Shown here one piece after another: positions 1 to 12,809 of a DNA stretch of 64,000 nucleotides; within the stretch, counting starts at the first letter, position 1, and each line of letters opens with the position of its first letter. Source of the DNA: Octopus vulgaris (lineage: Eukaryota). The notes below the pieces were generated by a model, which did not search any database, was not told the DNA's origin, and saw only the letters and a list, made by a program, of their open reading frames with translations. Position numbers and translations under genes: made by a program. Where the stretch lies: positions 133,176,001-133,240,000 of the forward strand of contig OX597819.1 in NCBI GenBank assembly GCA_951406725.2. Reading direction: 5' to 3'.

Positions 1-167
1 GTCCTCGTTACCCGCTGCCTAAATTTATAGGGCCCCATTGGTGCCCGAGTAAAAAAGGTCTTTTATTCCGTTGTACCCGAACAAGGTGACTTGAAATACT
101 CTTTCAATAATCTAACATAGAACAAATTATAAGATTGTCTTCAAGATTGGAGCCAGAACATATTTTA

Positions 168-340
168 GTTCAAAGTTTGAAACTAGGCCAGCAATTGAGG
201 AGGAGGGTGTAAGTTCATTACATCGACCCCAGTGATGGGGGCGGGAGGTAAGTCCGTTACATCGACCCCTGTACTAAACAGGTACATGTTTTATCGACCC
301 CCAAAGGATGAAAGACAAAATCGACGTCTGTGAATTTGAA
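168..340 (-). mobile_element. SINE fragment (family A: body and 3' part), with an internal duplication of TTACATCGACCCC
   Basis: The reverse complement matches the copy at 33850-34058 (GTCGACTTTGCCTTT...GGGGTCGATGTAA...TTTGAA) and the same-strand copy at 18862-19052. Confidence 0.75.
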
Positions 341-362
341 AGGCGATCACATACACTGCATA

Positions 363-365
<3 letters not shown>

Positions 366-409
<44 letters not shown>

Positions 410-424
410 GCACGCACACACACT
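366..424. repeat. (CA)n microsatellite
   Basis: Direct reading. Confidence 0.95.
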
Positions 425-1837
425 GTATTTTGGGGCTGGGTAATATCCCGATGTTTTTATTATGCACTATTCAACCCTGGCTAAATTTATCATGAAATTT
501 TATCATACGTAATCATCAACATGCACACACACAGACATGCATGTGTGTGTGTGTGTGTGTGCATACGTATATATAAGTAAATAATTATGAAAAACACAAC
601 ATGTATTCGAAACCTAAGGGAAGAAGTGATTAAAATACAAATCTTTTAAAGCCTTGACTTTGAAACGTTAAACAGATGTAAGTAAAAAAAAATATTAAAA
701 GTTGAAGAAACAACCTAATTTCTACAGCGAAACAAAGAAGTAAATTTAGGTATTTAGGTTCGATTATGAAACATGGAAAACATTGCATTAGAAATTCTTG
801 AATAAATACTTGATGCTTTCATTTAAACAGTAGAAATGTAATACACGAAAACCAATTTATAATCTCAAATAATATAAAGCAATATTATTTTTTCTCGTAT
901 GCTATTCTCGCTTCAAACGTTGAAGACAGATTTATGATGTCCTTTATATTAGATTAAAACAGTATTTAAGGTCACTTCGTCAATGCTCGATATTCCGAAA
1001 TTATTCTACGAGCAAGAGATTTGTTATTCGTTAAATCCTTTGATAAAATAATTTTTATTTTATTTTTCATGTTACAATGCTACAAATCTAATGGCATTTG
1101 CTATGACAATTGAAATATTTTATTCATAGAAAATACGAATTTCTATGAAATGCATCAAATCCTTCAACAAAAGTTGCTTTAATGCTAGTCTACGGTGCAT
1201 TATCTTGTTTGTTTGTAAACAAGATAAAATGAGGTTCGTAGATAGTGAGATCTGAGTTGTGTGCAGCTGTCATGGCAAAACTGAAAAGCCAGTCGAAGAT
1301 AAATGGTTATGTGTGCGCAGAAGTATTGTCACGCGATGCGATAGAATGGTTATGTAACATATATGCATTTATATAATTCTGTGATAAATAGAGAAAGGTG
1401 AAGCAATACAAGTTCTACGGGGGATAAATCGGATTCCGTAGCTGATATCTTTAGATGAAGTCTTACTCTTCAGACATTCATTAAAGTATTTGAGGACATG
1501 TAATGTATAAGAAAAGTGGGTGTACCGATAAGTTGTGGATGTCGGAAAAAAAAGGATTTTTGTTGTTCTGAAAAGAATAAATTCTTTATCAAGACAAAGA
1601 ATGTTCTATTTATTCTATTATGTAGTAGAAATAATTTGAAATTGTCAGTTTGTAAAAGAACAACATTACTGTATTATGAAGAACACATTTTCCACAAGTT
1701 TGGATGATTTATATATTCCAGATACAACCACGGATCACACGCTTTTCTATGCTTTATGTTCTACTTAATCTGAAATAACAAATCAAGTTTTATGTCTCAA
1801 GAAATATTTCTACTTTTATTCTCTTGAAAACCAGTGC

Positions 1838-1904
1838 ATGTATGTATGTATGTATGTATGTATGTATGTATGTATGCATGTATGTATGTATGTATGTATG
1901 TATG
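1838..1904. repeat. (TATG)n microsatellite
   Basis: Direct reading. Confidence 0.95.
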
Positions 1905-1909
1905 AATAT

Positions 1910-2200
1910 ATGAGGAAAGACAACTCATAGCCACGACAAGCATTATATTAAAGACTGACAATGGAGGTAAACCCCCTCAATATCGGGCACAGCCAGATAA
2001 CTAGTGATCACATTATTGCTCATCAGTGGCTCTTACCGGTGCCTAAGGTTAGACCCAACTCACATTGTCAGCTTATAAGATCACCGTAGAAATCATTCAC
2101 CGATTTCATAATGGTAAAAGTGAAAATTATAAATAATAAGGGTTATAAATTATAAATTTTAAATAATTTTCGGTTGAAAAATTGCTAACAAGCCACCTTA
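1910..2200 (-). mobile_element. Probable PLE terminal-repeat fragment with a degenerate hammerhead-like motif
   Basis: The minus strand reads AGCCA-CTGATGA-GC...GTGCCC-GATA...GTC-GTGGCT and runs into a microsatellite. The GAAA is mutated and stem II pairs poorly. Confidence 0.35.
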
Positions 2201-2562
2201 CTATATATATCTCTTATTATAAAAGGCAGATTTTATCTGCCTCCCTTTGTCAGTTATAGAAATCTACAATATAGGATTTCTTCAATTACAATTTACCTAG
2301 CATTTTTAAGAGTAGAATGCATCGAGTCATGCCAGGTCCAGTTTTTAAAATTTAAACTCCAATTAAGCAAAATTTACAGAAAACTCACATTCTGGTGTGT
2401 ATGTCAAATGCTTTTCTTAATGTGGTTTACACCACACGCACACGCACACACACAGTATGCAACGAATAAAATGAAAGTAATTCAGTCTGTGTGTTGACAG
2501 GTAGACAATAGAATGCGATGGCGATGTAATATTTGTTTCTGTCTATGACGCTGATAGATACA

Positions 2563-2726
2563 TGAGTAAAATGTATGGGAAGCTAAGAGATAAGAGTGAG
2601 TGAAAATGTTCTTGGAAGAGAGTAAATAGCAAGAGAGTGATTTGAGTAAAATGTATGGGAAGCTAAGAGATAAGAGTGAGTGAAAATGTTCTTGGAAGAG
2701 AGTAAATAGCAAGAGAGTGATTTGAG
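2563..2726. repeat. Perfect 80-bp tandem duplication, inside a possible Helitron-like element starting ATCTCTTATTATAAAAG near 2209
   Basis: TGAGTAAAATGTATGGGAAGC...GAGAGTGATT begins at 2563 and again at 2643. Confidence 0.9.
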
Positions 2727-2775
2727 GATGACTTTACATTAAGTAACCGTAGTGGCTTGTATATATATATATATA

Positions 2776-3032
2776 CATACATAAGACAGTAAGGTGTGAT
2801 TTGAGGGAGATTTGGCTGCTATTTCTGCCATGTAGGGGTCTCCCTCATAGGCTCATACATACATATATACATAGATAAGACAGTAAGGTGTGATTTGGGG
2901 AAATTTGGCTGCTATTTCTACCAGGTCTAGCTACCATGTAGAGGTCCCCCTCATTGGCTCATATATATATACATACATAAGAGAGTAAGGTGTGATTTGA
3001 GGGAGATTTGGCTGCTGTTTCTACCAGGTCTG
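2776..3032. repeat. Three diverged ~100-bp tandem copies of a retroposon-tail-like unit separated by (CATA/TA)n
   Basis: ATAAGACAGTAAGGTGTGATTTGAGGGAGATTTGGCTGCTATTTCT occurs at ~2781, ~2875 and ~2977. A related antisense motif lies near 46090. Confidence 0.85.
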
Positions 3033-3099
3033 TTAGGCCTTCTCATGTAAACTCAAGCTTTCTCATGCCTTGAACATAAGACCAAAGCAGAGAATGTAT

Positions 3100-3312
3100 T
3101 CTTTTATTCTTCTGCTTTTTCCAGCCATTGGTCTGTGGCCATGCTGGGGCAATGCCTTGAAGAATTGTAGTTTAATGAATCAACTCCTGTTTTATTTTTG
3201 TAAGCATTGTACTTATTCTATATGTTTCCTTTGTCAAACCACTAGGTGACAGGGATGTAAACAAACCAACATTCGTTGTCAAGCAGTGGTGGAGGACAAT
3301 CACAAGCACAGA
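3100..3312 (-). mobile_element. SINE family B 3' portion, degraded
   Basis: Reverse-complement similarity to 58746-58912 (GCTTGACAAC...GATAGAATAAGTAC...CAGCATGGCCACAG). Confidence 0.75.
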
Positions 3313-3436
3313 CACGCACACACACACACATACATGCATACACATATACACACATACATACATACATACATACATACATACATACATACGTACATACATA
3401 CATACATACATATATATATATGTGTATATATATATA

Positions 3437-3760
3437 TTGCAGCGTGGAAGGTGTTTGTAAGCCATTTAAGAAACACACAAAAATCGTTAGATTCACTTCA
3501 ACATTTAAATTTAATTTGCCAAAATATTTTCCTCGCTTTGAGACCGCGACCTGTTCACTGACAAAAATATCGTGCTAACAGGTCGCGGTCTCAAAGCGAC
3601 GAAAATATTTTGACAAATTAAATTTAAATGTTGAAGTGAATCTAACGGTTTTTGTGTGTTTCTTAAATGGCTTATAAACACCTTCAACGCTGCAACTGTT
3701 TTCGTTCCAGCACACGATCTCAGATCAAGTCACTTGCTATGCAAGTACATCTCTGTAACT
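3437..3760. mobile_element. Fold-back element: 119-bp inverted arms (3437-3555, 3577-3695) with a 21-nt spacer, PLE-terminus-like, flanked by (TA)n
   Basis: The arms are reverse complements with about 5 mismatches by eye. The element contains a hammerhead-like motif, and the right arm extends ~65 bp further to a (TA)n tract. Confidence 0.85.
3515..3565 (-). ncRNA. Minimal type I hammerhead-like motif with G3-C8 core variant
   Basis: Minus strand: TTTGTCA-GTGAACA-G-GTCGC-ggtctcaaa-GCGA(G; C in the other arm)-GAAA-ATAT-TT-TGGCAAA. Stems I and II and the palindromic stem III (AATATT) are in register. Confidence 0.6.
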
Positions 3761-3853
3761 ATATATATATTTATATATATATATGTATATTGGTAAAAAC
3801 AGTAAGATAACAAAAGAAAGAAAGAGACCTCAATATTATGTAAATAGAGGAAA

Positions 3854-4247
3854 TCTTTATATATAAAAGTGAGGTTGTGTGTCTGTCTCCTACGATTTAG
3901 ATTCCTAACTACTCCCACATTTTGCGGTGCAGTTTAACCAAAACCGGGTATCTTATAGTCGTGATTCATATCGAGATCGTCTGGGTATTAGCGCGCGTCT
4001 ACGATGAGTCTACGATTAAAAAAAAAATTTACCATCAATTTTTCCCATTTTTAATCCATTTTTGACATATATAAGGGAAGTAACTCTCTAAAATTTATTA
4101 TTAAATCTCAGAACGTAAAAAGCTACAGTAACACCCCTCCCCCTTTGTGGTTAGCCATATTGAGATGGCTATTATACTTTACATCTCTAAAAATGCTTAT
4201 ATAATTATTTCCCTTACAAACCCGAGCAACGCCGGGCGATACTGCTA

Positions 4248-4248
<1 letters not shown>
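3854..4248 (+). mobile_element. Non-autonomous Helitron, both termini intact
   Basis: 5' A|TCTTTATATATAAAAG. 3' hairpin CCCG-agcaacgc-CGGG followed by CTAG|T. Inserted between A and T with no TSD. Confidence 0.9.
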
Positions 4249-4298
<50 letters not shown>

Positions 4299-4299
<1 letters not shown>

Positions 4300-7200
4300 G
4301 AAGTAGCATCATAAATTTTCCGGACTAGTTTTGTAGCGTGTCAACTGTTGGCAGCACACGATAGCGTGCGCGGTGAGAGCTAACAGTAACCTTGATGAGG
4401 TGGTGCGCGGTGAGAGCTAACAGTAACCTTGATGAGGTGGTGCGCGGTGAGAGCTAACAGTGAACTTCATGAGGTGGTGCGCGGTGAGAGCTAACAGTGA
4501 ACTTCATGAGGTGGTGCGCGGTGAGAGCTAACAGTGAACTTCATGAGGTGGTGCGCGGTGAGAGCTAACAGTGAACTTCATGAGGTGGTGCGCGGTGAGA
4601 GCTAACAGTGAACTTCATGAGGTGGTGCGCGGTGAGAGCTAACAGTGAACTTCATGAGGTGGTGCGCGGTGAGAGCTAACAGTGAACTTCATGAGGTGGT
4701 GCGCGGTGAGAGCTAACAGTGAACTTCATGAGGTGGTGCGCGGTGAGAGCTAACAGTGAACTTCATGAGGTGGTGCGCGGTGAGCTAACAGTAACCTTCA
4801 TGAGGTGGTGCAGTAACCTTCATGAGGTGGTGCGCGGTGAGAGCTAACAGTGAACTTCATGAGGTGGTGCGCGGTGAGAGCTAACAGTAACCTTGATGAG
4901 GTGGTGCGCGGTGAGAGCTAACAGTGAACTTCATGAGGTGGTGCGCGGTGAGAGCTAACAGTGAACTTCATGAGGTGGTGCGCGGTGAGAGCTAACAGTA
5001 ACCTTCATGAGGTGGTGCGCGGTGAGAGCTAACAGTGAACTTCATGAGGTGGTGCGCGGTGAGAGCTAACAGTGAACTTCATGAGGTGGTGCGCGGTGAG
5101 AGCTAACAGTGAACTTCATGAGGTGGTGCGCGGTGAGAGCTAACAGTGAACTTCATGAGGTGGTGCGCGGTGAGAGCTAACAGTGAACTTCATGAGGTGG
5201 TGCGCGGTGAGAGCTAACAGTGAACTTCATGAGGTGGTGCGCGGTGAGAGCTAACAGTGAACTTCATGAGGTGGTGCGCGGTGAGAGCTAACAGTGAACT
5301 TCATGAGGTGGTGCGCGGTGAGAGCTAACAGTGAACTTCATGAGGTGGTGCGCGGTGAGAGCTAACAGTGAACTTCATGAGGTGGTGCGCGGTGAGAGCT
5401 AACAGTGAACTTCATGAGGTGGTGTGCGGTGAGAGCTAACAGTGACCTTCATGAGGTGGTGTGCGGTGAGAGCTAACAGTGAACTTCATGAGGTGGTGTG
5501 CGGTGAGAGCTAACAGTGAACTTCATGAGGTGGTGTGCGGTGAGAGCTAACAGTGACCTTCATGAGGTGGTGTGCGGTGAGAGCTAACAGTGAACTTCAT
5601 GAGGTGGTGTGCGGTGAGAGCTAACAGTGAACTTCATGAGGTGGTGTGCGGTGAGAGCTAACAGTGACCTTCATGAGGTGGTGTGCGGTGAGAGCTAACA
5701 GTGAACTTCATGAGGTGGTGTGCGGTGAGAGCTAACAGTGACCTTCATGAGGTGGTGTGCGGTGAGAGCTAACAGTGAACTTCATGAGGTGGTGCGCGGT
5801 GAGAGCTAACAGTGAACTTCATGAGGTGGTGTGCGGTGAGAGCTAACAGTGAACTTCATGAGGTGGTGTGCGGTGAGAGCTAACAGTGAACTTCATGAGG
5901 TGGTGTGCGGTGAGAGCTAACAGTGAACTTCATGAGGTGGTGTGCGGTGAGAGCTAACAGTGAACTTCATGAGGTGGTGCGCGGTGAGAGCTAACAGTGA
6001 ACTTCATGAGGTGGTGTGCGGTGAGAGCTAACAGTGACCTTCATGAGGTGGTGTGTGCGGTGAGAGCTAACAGTGACCTTCATGAGGTGGTGCGCGGTGA
6101 GAGCTAACAGTGAACTTCATGAGGTGGTGCGCGGTGAGAGCTAACAGTGACCTTCATGAGGTGGTGCGCGGTGAGAGCTAACAGTGACCTTCATGAGGTG
6201 GTGTGCGGTGAGAGCTAACAGTAACCTTCATGAGGTGGTGCGCGGTGAGAGCTAACAGTGAACTTCATGAGGTGGTGCGCGGTGAGAGCTAACAGTGAAC
6301 TTCATGAGGTGGTGCGCGGTGAGAGCTAACAGTGAACTTCATGAGGTGGTGCGCGGTGAGAGCTAACAGTGAACTTCATGAGGTGGTGCGCGGTGAGAGC
6401 TAACAGTGAACTTCATGAGGTGGTGCGCGGTGAGAGCTAACAGTGAACTTCATGAGGTGGTGCGCGGTGAGAGCTAACAGTGAACTTCATGAGGTGGTGC
6501 GCGGTGAGAGCTAACAGTGAACTTCATGAGGTGGTGCGCGGTGAGAGCTAACAGTGAACTTCATGAGGTGGTGCGCGGTGAGAGCTAACAGTGAACTTCA
6601 TGAGGTGGTGCGCGGTGAGAGCTAACAGTGAACTTCATGAGGTGGTGCGCGGTGAGAGCTAACAGTGACCTTCATGAGGTGGTGCGCGGTGAGAGCTAAC
6701 AGTGAACTTCATGAGGTGGTGCGCGGTGAGAGCTAACAGTGAACTTCATGAGGTGGTGTGCGGTGAGAGCTAACAGTGACCTTCATGAGGTGGTGTAACA
6801 GTGAACAGTGGTGGCGAACAGTGAACTTCATGAGGTGGTGTGCGGTGAGGAGCTAACAGTGAACTTCATGAGGTGGTGTGCGGTGAGAGCTAACAGTGAA
6901 CTTCATGAGGTGGTGTGCGGTGAGAGCTAACAGTGAACTTCATGAGGTGGTGTGCGGTGAGAGCTAACAGTGAACTTCATGAGGTGGTGTGCGGTGAGAG
7001 CTAACAGTGAACTTCATGAGGTGGTGTGCGGTGAGAGCTAACAGTGAACTTCATGAGGTGGTGTGCGGTGAGAGCTAACAGTGACCTTCATGAGGTGGTG
7101 TGCGGTGAGAGCTAACAGTGAACTTCATGAGGTGGTGCGCGGTGAGAGCTAACAGTGAACTTCATGAGGTGGTGTGCGGTGAGAGCTAACAGTGACCTTC

Positions 7201-9637
7201 ATGAGGTGGTGTGCGGTGAGAGCTAACAGTGAACTTCATGAGGTGGTGCGCGGTGAGAGCTAACAGTGAACTTCATGAGGTGGTGTGCGGTGAGAGCTAA
7301 CAGTGAACTTCATGAGGTGGTGTGGTGAGAGCTAACAGTGAACTTCATGAGGTGGTGTGCGGTGAGAGCTAACAGTGAACTTCATGAGGTGGTGTGCGGT
7401 GAGAGCTAACAGTGAACTTCATGAGGTGGTGTGCGGTGAGAGCTAACAGTGAACTTCATGAGGTGGTGTGCGGTGAGAGCTAACAGTGAACTTCATGAGG
7501 TGGTGCGCGGTGAGAGCTAACAGTGACCTTCATGAGGTGGTGCGCGGTGAGAGCTTCAACAGTGAACTTCATGAGGTGGTGCGCGGTGAGAGCTAACAGT
7601 GAACTTCATGAGGTGGTGTGCGGTGAGAGCTAACAGTGACCTTCATGAGGTGGTGTGCGGTGAGAGCTAACAGTGAACTTCATGAGGTGGTGTGCGGTGA
7701 GAGCTAACAGTGAACTTCATGAGGTGGTGTGCGGTGAGAGCTAACAGTGACCTTCATGAGGTGGTGTGCGGTGAGAGCCCATGGTGAGAGCTAACAGTGA
7801 ACTTCATGAGGTGGTGTGCGGTGAGAGCTAACAGTGACCTTCATGAGGTGGTGTGCGGTGAGAGCTAACAGTGACCTTCATGAGGTGGTGCGCGGTGAGA
7901 GCTAACAGTGAACTTCATGAGGTGGTGCGCGGTGAGAGCTAACAGTGAACTTCATGAGGTGGTGTGCGGTGAGAGCTAACAGTGAACTTCATGAGGTGGT
8001 GTGCGGTGAGAGCTAACAGTGAACTTCATGAGGTGGTGCGCGGTGAGAGCTAACAGTGAACTTCATGAGGTGGTGTGCGGTGAGAGCTAACAGTGAACTT
8101 CATGAGGTGGTGTGCGGTGAGAGCTAACAGTGACCTTCATGAGGTGGTGTGCGGTGAGAGCTAACAGTGACCTTCATGAGGTGGTGCGCGGTGAGAGCTA
8201 ACAGTGAACTTCATGAGGTGGTGCGCGGTGAGAGCTAACAGTGACCTTCATGAGGTGGTGCGCGGTGAGAGCTAACAGTAACCTTCATGAGGTGGTGTGC
8301 GGTGAGAGCTAACAGTACCTTCATGAGGTGGTGCGCGGTGAGAGCTAACAGTAACCTTCATGAGGTGGTGCGCGGTGAGAGCTAACAGTGAACTTCATGA
8401 GGTGGTGCGCGGTGAGAGCTAACAGTAACTTCATGAGGTGGTGGCGGTGAGAGCTAACAGTGAACTTATGAGGTGGTGCGCGGTGAGAGCTAACAGTAAC
8501 CTTCATGAGGTGGTGCGCGGTGAGAGCTAACAGTAACCTTCATGAGGTGGTGCGCGGTGAGAGCTAACAGTAACCTTGATGAGGTGGTGCGCGGTGAGAG
8601 CTAACAGTGAACTTCATGAGGTGGTGCGCGGTGAGAGCTAACAGTGAACTTCATGAGGTGGTGCGCGGTGAGAGCTAACAGTAACCTTCATGAGGTGGTG
8701 CGCGGTGAGAGCTAACAGTGAACTTCATGAGGTGGTGCGCGGTGAGAGCTAACAGTAACCTTCATGAGGTGGTGCGCGGTGAGAGCTAACAGTGACCTTC
8801 ATGAGGTGGTGCGCGGTGAGAGCTAACAGTGACCTTCATGAGGTGGTGCGCGGTGAGAGCTAACAGTGAACTTCATGAGGTGGTGCGCGGTGAGAGCTAA
8901 CAGTGAACTTAATGAGGTGGTGCGCGGTGAGAGCTAACAGTGACCTTCATGAGGTGGTGCGCGGTGAGAGCTAACAGTGAACTTCATGAGGTGGTGCGCG
9001 GTGAGAGCTAACAGTGACCTTCATGAGGTGGTGTGCGGTGAGAGCTAACAGTGACCTTCATGAGGTGGTGTGCGGTGAGAGCTAACAGTGACCTTCATGA
9101 GGTGGTGCGCGGTGAGAGCTAACAGTGACCTTCATGAGGTGGTGCGCGGTGAGAGCTAACAGTGAACTTCATGAGGTGGTGCACCGAGTGACATCGCTTA
9201 GCAAGTTTGAAATTTATGTTGTTGTGATTACGTGTATTCTGTAGTCTCTGTCACTGCGCTGCTGATGATCCATCCTTCTTGTTGAGGATCATCAATGGTG
9301 ACGAGAGGTGGGTCTATAGGAAGGACTCTGAGACAAATCAGCAGACATCAGAGTTGCAGACGCTTTCCTCTCCACGACCCTCTCCAAGACCCTCTCTATG
9401 ACCCTCATGCACACATTTGTTTCAACATCCGCAATATTGAGTACCGATAATTCGACCCCCAGGACAAGACCATCAATCGAGTGTTCTCCTGCGACCTTTT
9501 GAAGCGTTTGAGGGAGGACACTCTGCAGCGGAAAAATTTGATTCATCAAGACGACAAGCTGCCATGTCACCGAGCTCTACTCACTCGTGAGTTTCTTGGC
9601 AACAACAACATGGTATCACTTCTGCAACCACCCTATT
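4299..9637 (+). mobile_element. Mariner-family transposon relic with an internal deletion, carrying the 37-bp satellite in its 5' non-coding region
   Basis: TA-CGAAGTAGCATCATAAATTTTCCGGACT resembles a mariner TIR. 9260-9637 translates to ADDPSFLLRIINGDERWVY...DLLKRLRED...HQDD..PCHRALLTREFLGNNNMVSLLQPPY, matching the mariner TGDEKW, HDNA and HPPYSPDL motifs. Confidence 0.8.
4366..9182. repeat. 37-bp tandem minisatellite/satellite, ~130 copies, consensus GCGGTGAGAGCTAACAGTGAACTTCATGAGGTGGTGY
   Basis: Head-to-tail units with no spacers. Variants are GTGCGC/GTGTGC and GTGAAC/GTGACC/GTAACC. The unit has stop codons on both strands and its length is not a multiple of 3. Confidence 0.98.
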
Positions 9638-9810
9638 TTATCTCTGTGTTTATTTCCTCGTGTTCCTTTCTGTTGAAGAGTGTTGGCTCGAAACGTAAAA
9701 GACTTTCTCACCTTCCCGAGTGTCAAACTTATACACCTGCGTGTTGTTTATGCACCTGTCTTCGTCTTCTGTTTTTTTTTTGTAAATTTCAACTATGAAT
9801 ATATATATAG
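9638..9810 (+). mobile_element. PLE terminal-repeat fragment truncating the mariner, with a variant hammerhead at 9666-9701
   Basis: CTTT-CTGTTGA-A-GAG-tgttgg-CTC-GAAA-CG-TA-AAAG, followed by a T-rich tail ending in (TA)n. Confidence 0.6.
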
Positions 9811-12287
9811 GTTACCATTTTCTATTAGTCTTCTTGAGTGATATTTTAAATACAAAATTTAATGACATTTTATAATTACATTTGAATGACAAATATTGAA
9901 ATATCTATTTCTCATCTGACTGGCTCAAACAAGAAACCTTATCGTAAGCTCCTCATTTCTTACTATCTTGTTATAAATACCGGAATATGAAGAGCAGCGT
10001 GTGTCGAACGAGCGGAACGTTAAGTGATATCAATTTACTTGACTCACTTTTGCTTTACTCTCAAGTCATACCTTTACTTACATTTCTCTTGAAAATGACA
10101 TGAATATTATCATTTCTTATCTTTCATATGCTTCAGGCTTATGTAAGCAACTTTATGGAAATTATTATATGGGTGCTGCAAAGTACAATATTTACGATAT
10201 GTACATTATTTTGTCCATCAGAGTGGTGCCTGAATTAAGAAGCTTTTCTCTCCGTCTGATTGACTTGTTATTTTCTTGTTGAATATTTCAGTTTCAGCAA
10301 CGTTATTTTGTATTACTTTCTAATCCTATGCGTTTTTCATTTTACATTCTTATGTTTCATTGATTTTATCATTCCATAGGCATTTATATTCGCTTTTAAC
10401 TTAATAGTCTTTCTCCCCCGCCTCTCTCTCTCTCTCATTTTGTTATTTTTTGTGTTTATAATGCTTCTTCAGTTCCATTAGTAGTGTTTCTGTTTATCTA
10501 CCTTGCTGACATTAATACCTATCTAGCTATGATTTCAGTTACAGATAATTTATACAAAAGATCATTCTTGAGGTAATTCCATGTAAGATTAGTTAAAACG
10601 ATGAAAAAAACAAAAGAAAAAGAACAAGTTAATATGTAAGCCGCAACATTCCTATTTTACTCACATTAAAGCAAATTTCATTACTAGGTGTTCGTGTTTT
10701 CATATTGTTAATATCCCCAAAACACCCACATAGGTTTGCGGTGAACATCTAATTTAGAATTGAGTGATGTTGTGATGAGATGGTGTCTATGACGGTAACA
10801 TGATATCGTAACGGAGTGGCTAAAGAGAGCGTTACTCCTACCAAGTGCAATGAGGTTATATTGAATAAGCGGGAAAAAGGTTCGTTTCCACTGGGCTAAG
10901 ACCCATGTCGACTCAAGGGACACAAACTGTTTAAAGACCAAGATGTGTTATGCGGTAATTTCATCCAGAATGTTATTAACTTCATACAAATCAACGCCAA
11001 ACGTTTCAGCCTCTGCATTTTCCATTGCAGAACAAACATGGTGGCTCAGTATTATTATGGTGTCATAGTCAACAATGAACAGTTTATTCAGGAAACATTT
11101 TTGGAACAAAGCTATAGCAACACTTTTGAACAAAGATTTTATTAAAAGATTCAGTTGTTTATATTAGTGCAAAGTTGCTAAGCTACCATTTTAGGAGTTG
11201 TAGAATTTTGATGTATATGTTATTCTCAAAGACAATAACGATGCAAGGGAAACGTTTGTTCTTTTCGTGAATCAAATACAGAACAAAGAGTGTTATGAAT
11301 AGATGTGTGAACAATACGTTAATTAATCCCAGTAATTTTAATTAATTCCAATGTTTATATCAAAAATGCTACATGTTATTAGATTGTATGAAGACAGCTG
11401 TTTTAAACAGGACTGTGAAAATTTGAATTGTAAAACACGGATGTAAACAATGAGAGAATAATTGTGAAGAAATGAAATTTTAAGCCAGAATCTTTATCAG
11501 ATGTGAATTCCTATATTGTATTCAAAATAACTTGTTTTACACTAGAAATCACGCCCTTTGTATCATTGCATCGGAATCAACGGTGGCTGGTGATTATCTT
11601 TTGCTACAAAACACTTGTTCTGCAGCTGCCTGGAGAAAGCATCACGTTTAATCTCTACTGTTTTACCTTTGTTCCAGGACTGAGGTATCGTAATTACCTG
11701 TTCTTTGGAGGAGAAGACAAAATGTAATCATGCTAGATTGCGTATTTGTGGCTTTTCTAGGTTTGTCTTTGTCTGACTTAATGATATTTTAATTAAATTA
11801 ACTACAATTTATAAAAAGTAAGTCTAAGTAAATGATGCAGATGCCACGTCTTCTACAATTTTAAATTCATTGAAAAATTTCCCTCTGAGTGGAGAAAAAG
11901 AAAACGGGAAAACGTTGAAGAAATTCTTACTCATTCTCAAAGGAAAGGAATATAATGTTAAAAATAAATTTCTTACATAATTTATATGCTTACAGAATAC
12001 AGAATGGATTGTCTCCTATTTATATTTAAGCCAGGGTCAACTATGAACATATTACTCGGACTCGAACACATTACTCGGATCAGCATGCTGAAAATCTGTG
12101 CACCGACATTTTATTGAGAGAAAAATGTTACGTGTACTTTTGCCGAAGAGTAATTCACATAATTCAAAACAAAATGGAGATAACTCAAAAATACCTCTGG
12201 TATGGCTTTGGATAATAAAGTTAAATTCAAAATAGCCCGTCTACAAAAGTAGTCACACTGACCTTTCCCTATCTATGTAAAATAGTT

Positions 12288-12809
<522 letters not shown>

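Noticed and set aside
1085-1115. MAFAMTI as the PIF1/Helitron helicase motif (LAFAMTINKSQG)
   Set aside because: No following NKSQG or preceding QFP and no other helicase motifs. Probably chance.
4366-9182. CRISPR array (37-bp repeat length is CRISPR-like)
   Set aside because: The units are contiguous with no unique spacers, there are no cas genes, and the context is eukaryotic TE sequence.
10708-11145. Host exon or TE ORF (adjacent minus-strand ORFs)
   Set aside because: No recognisable domain or convincing splice context, and interrupted by a stop.
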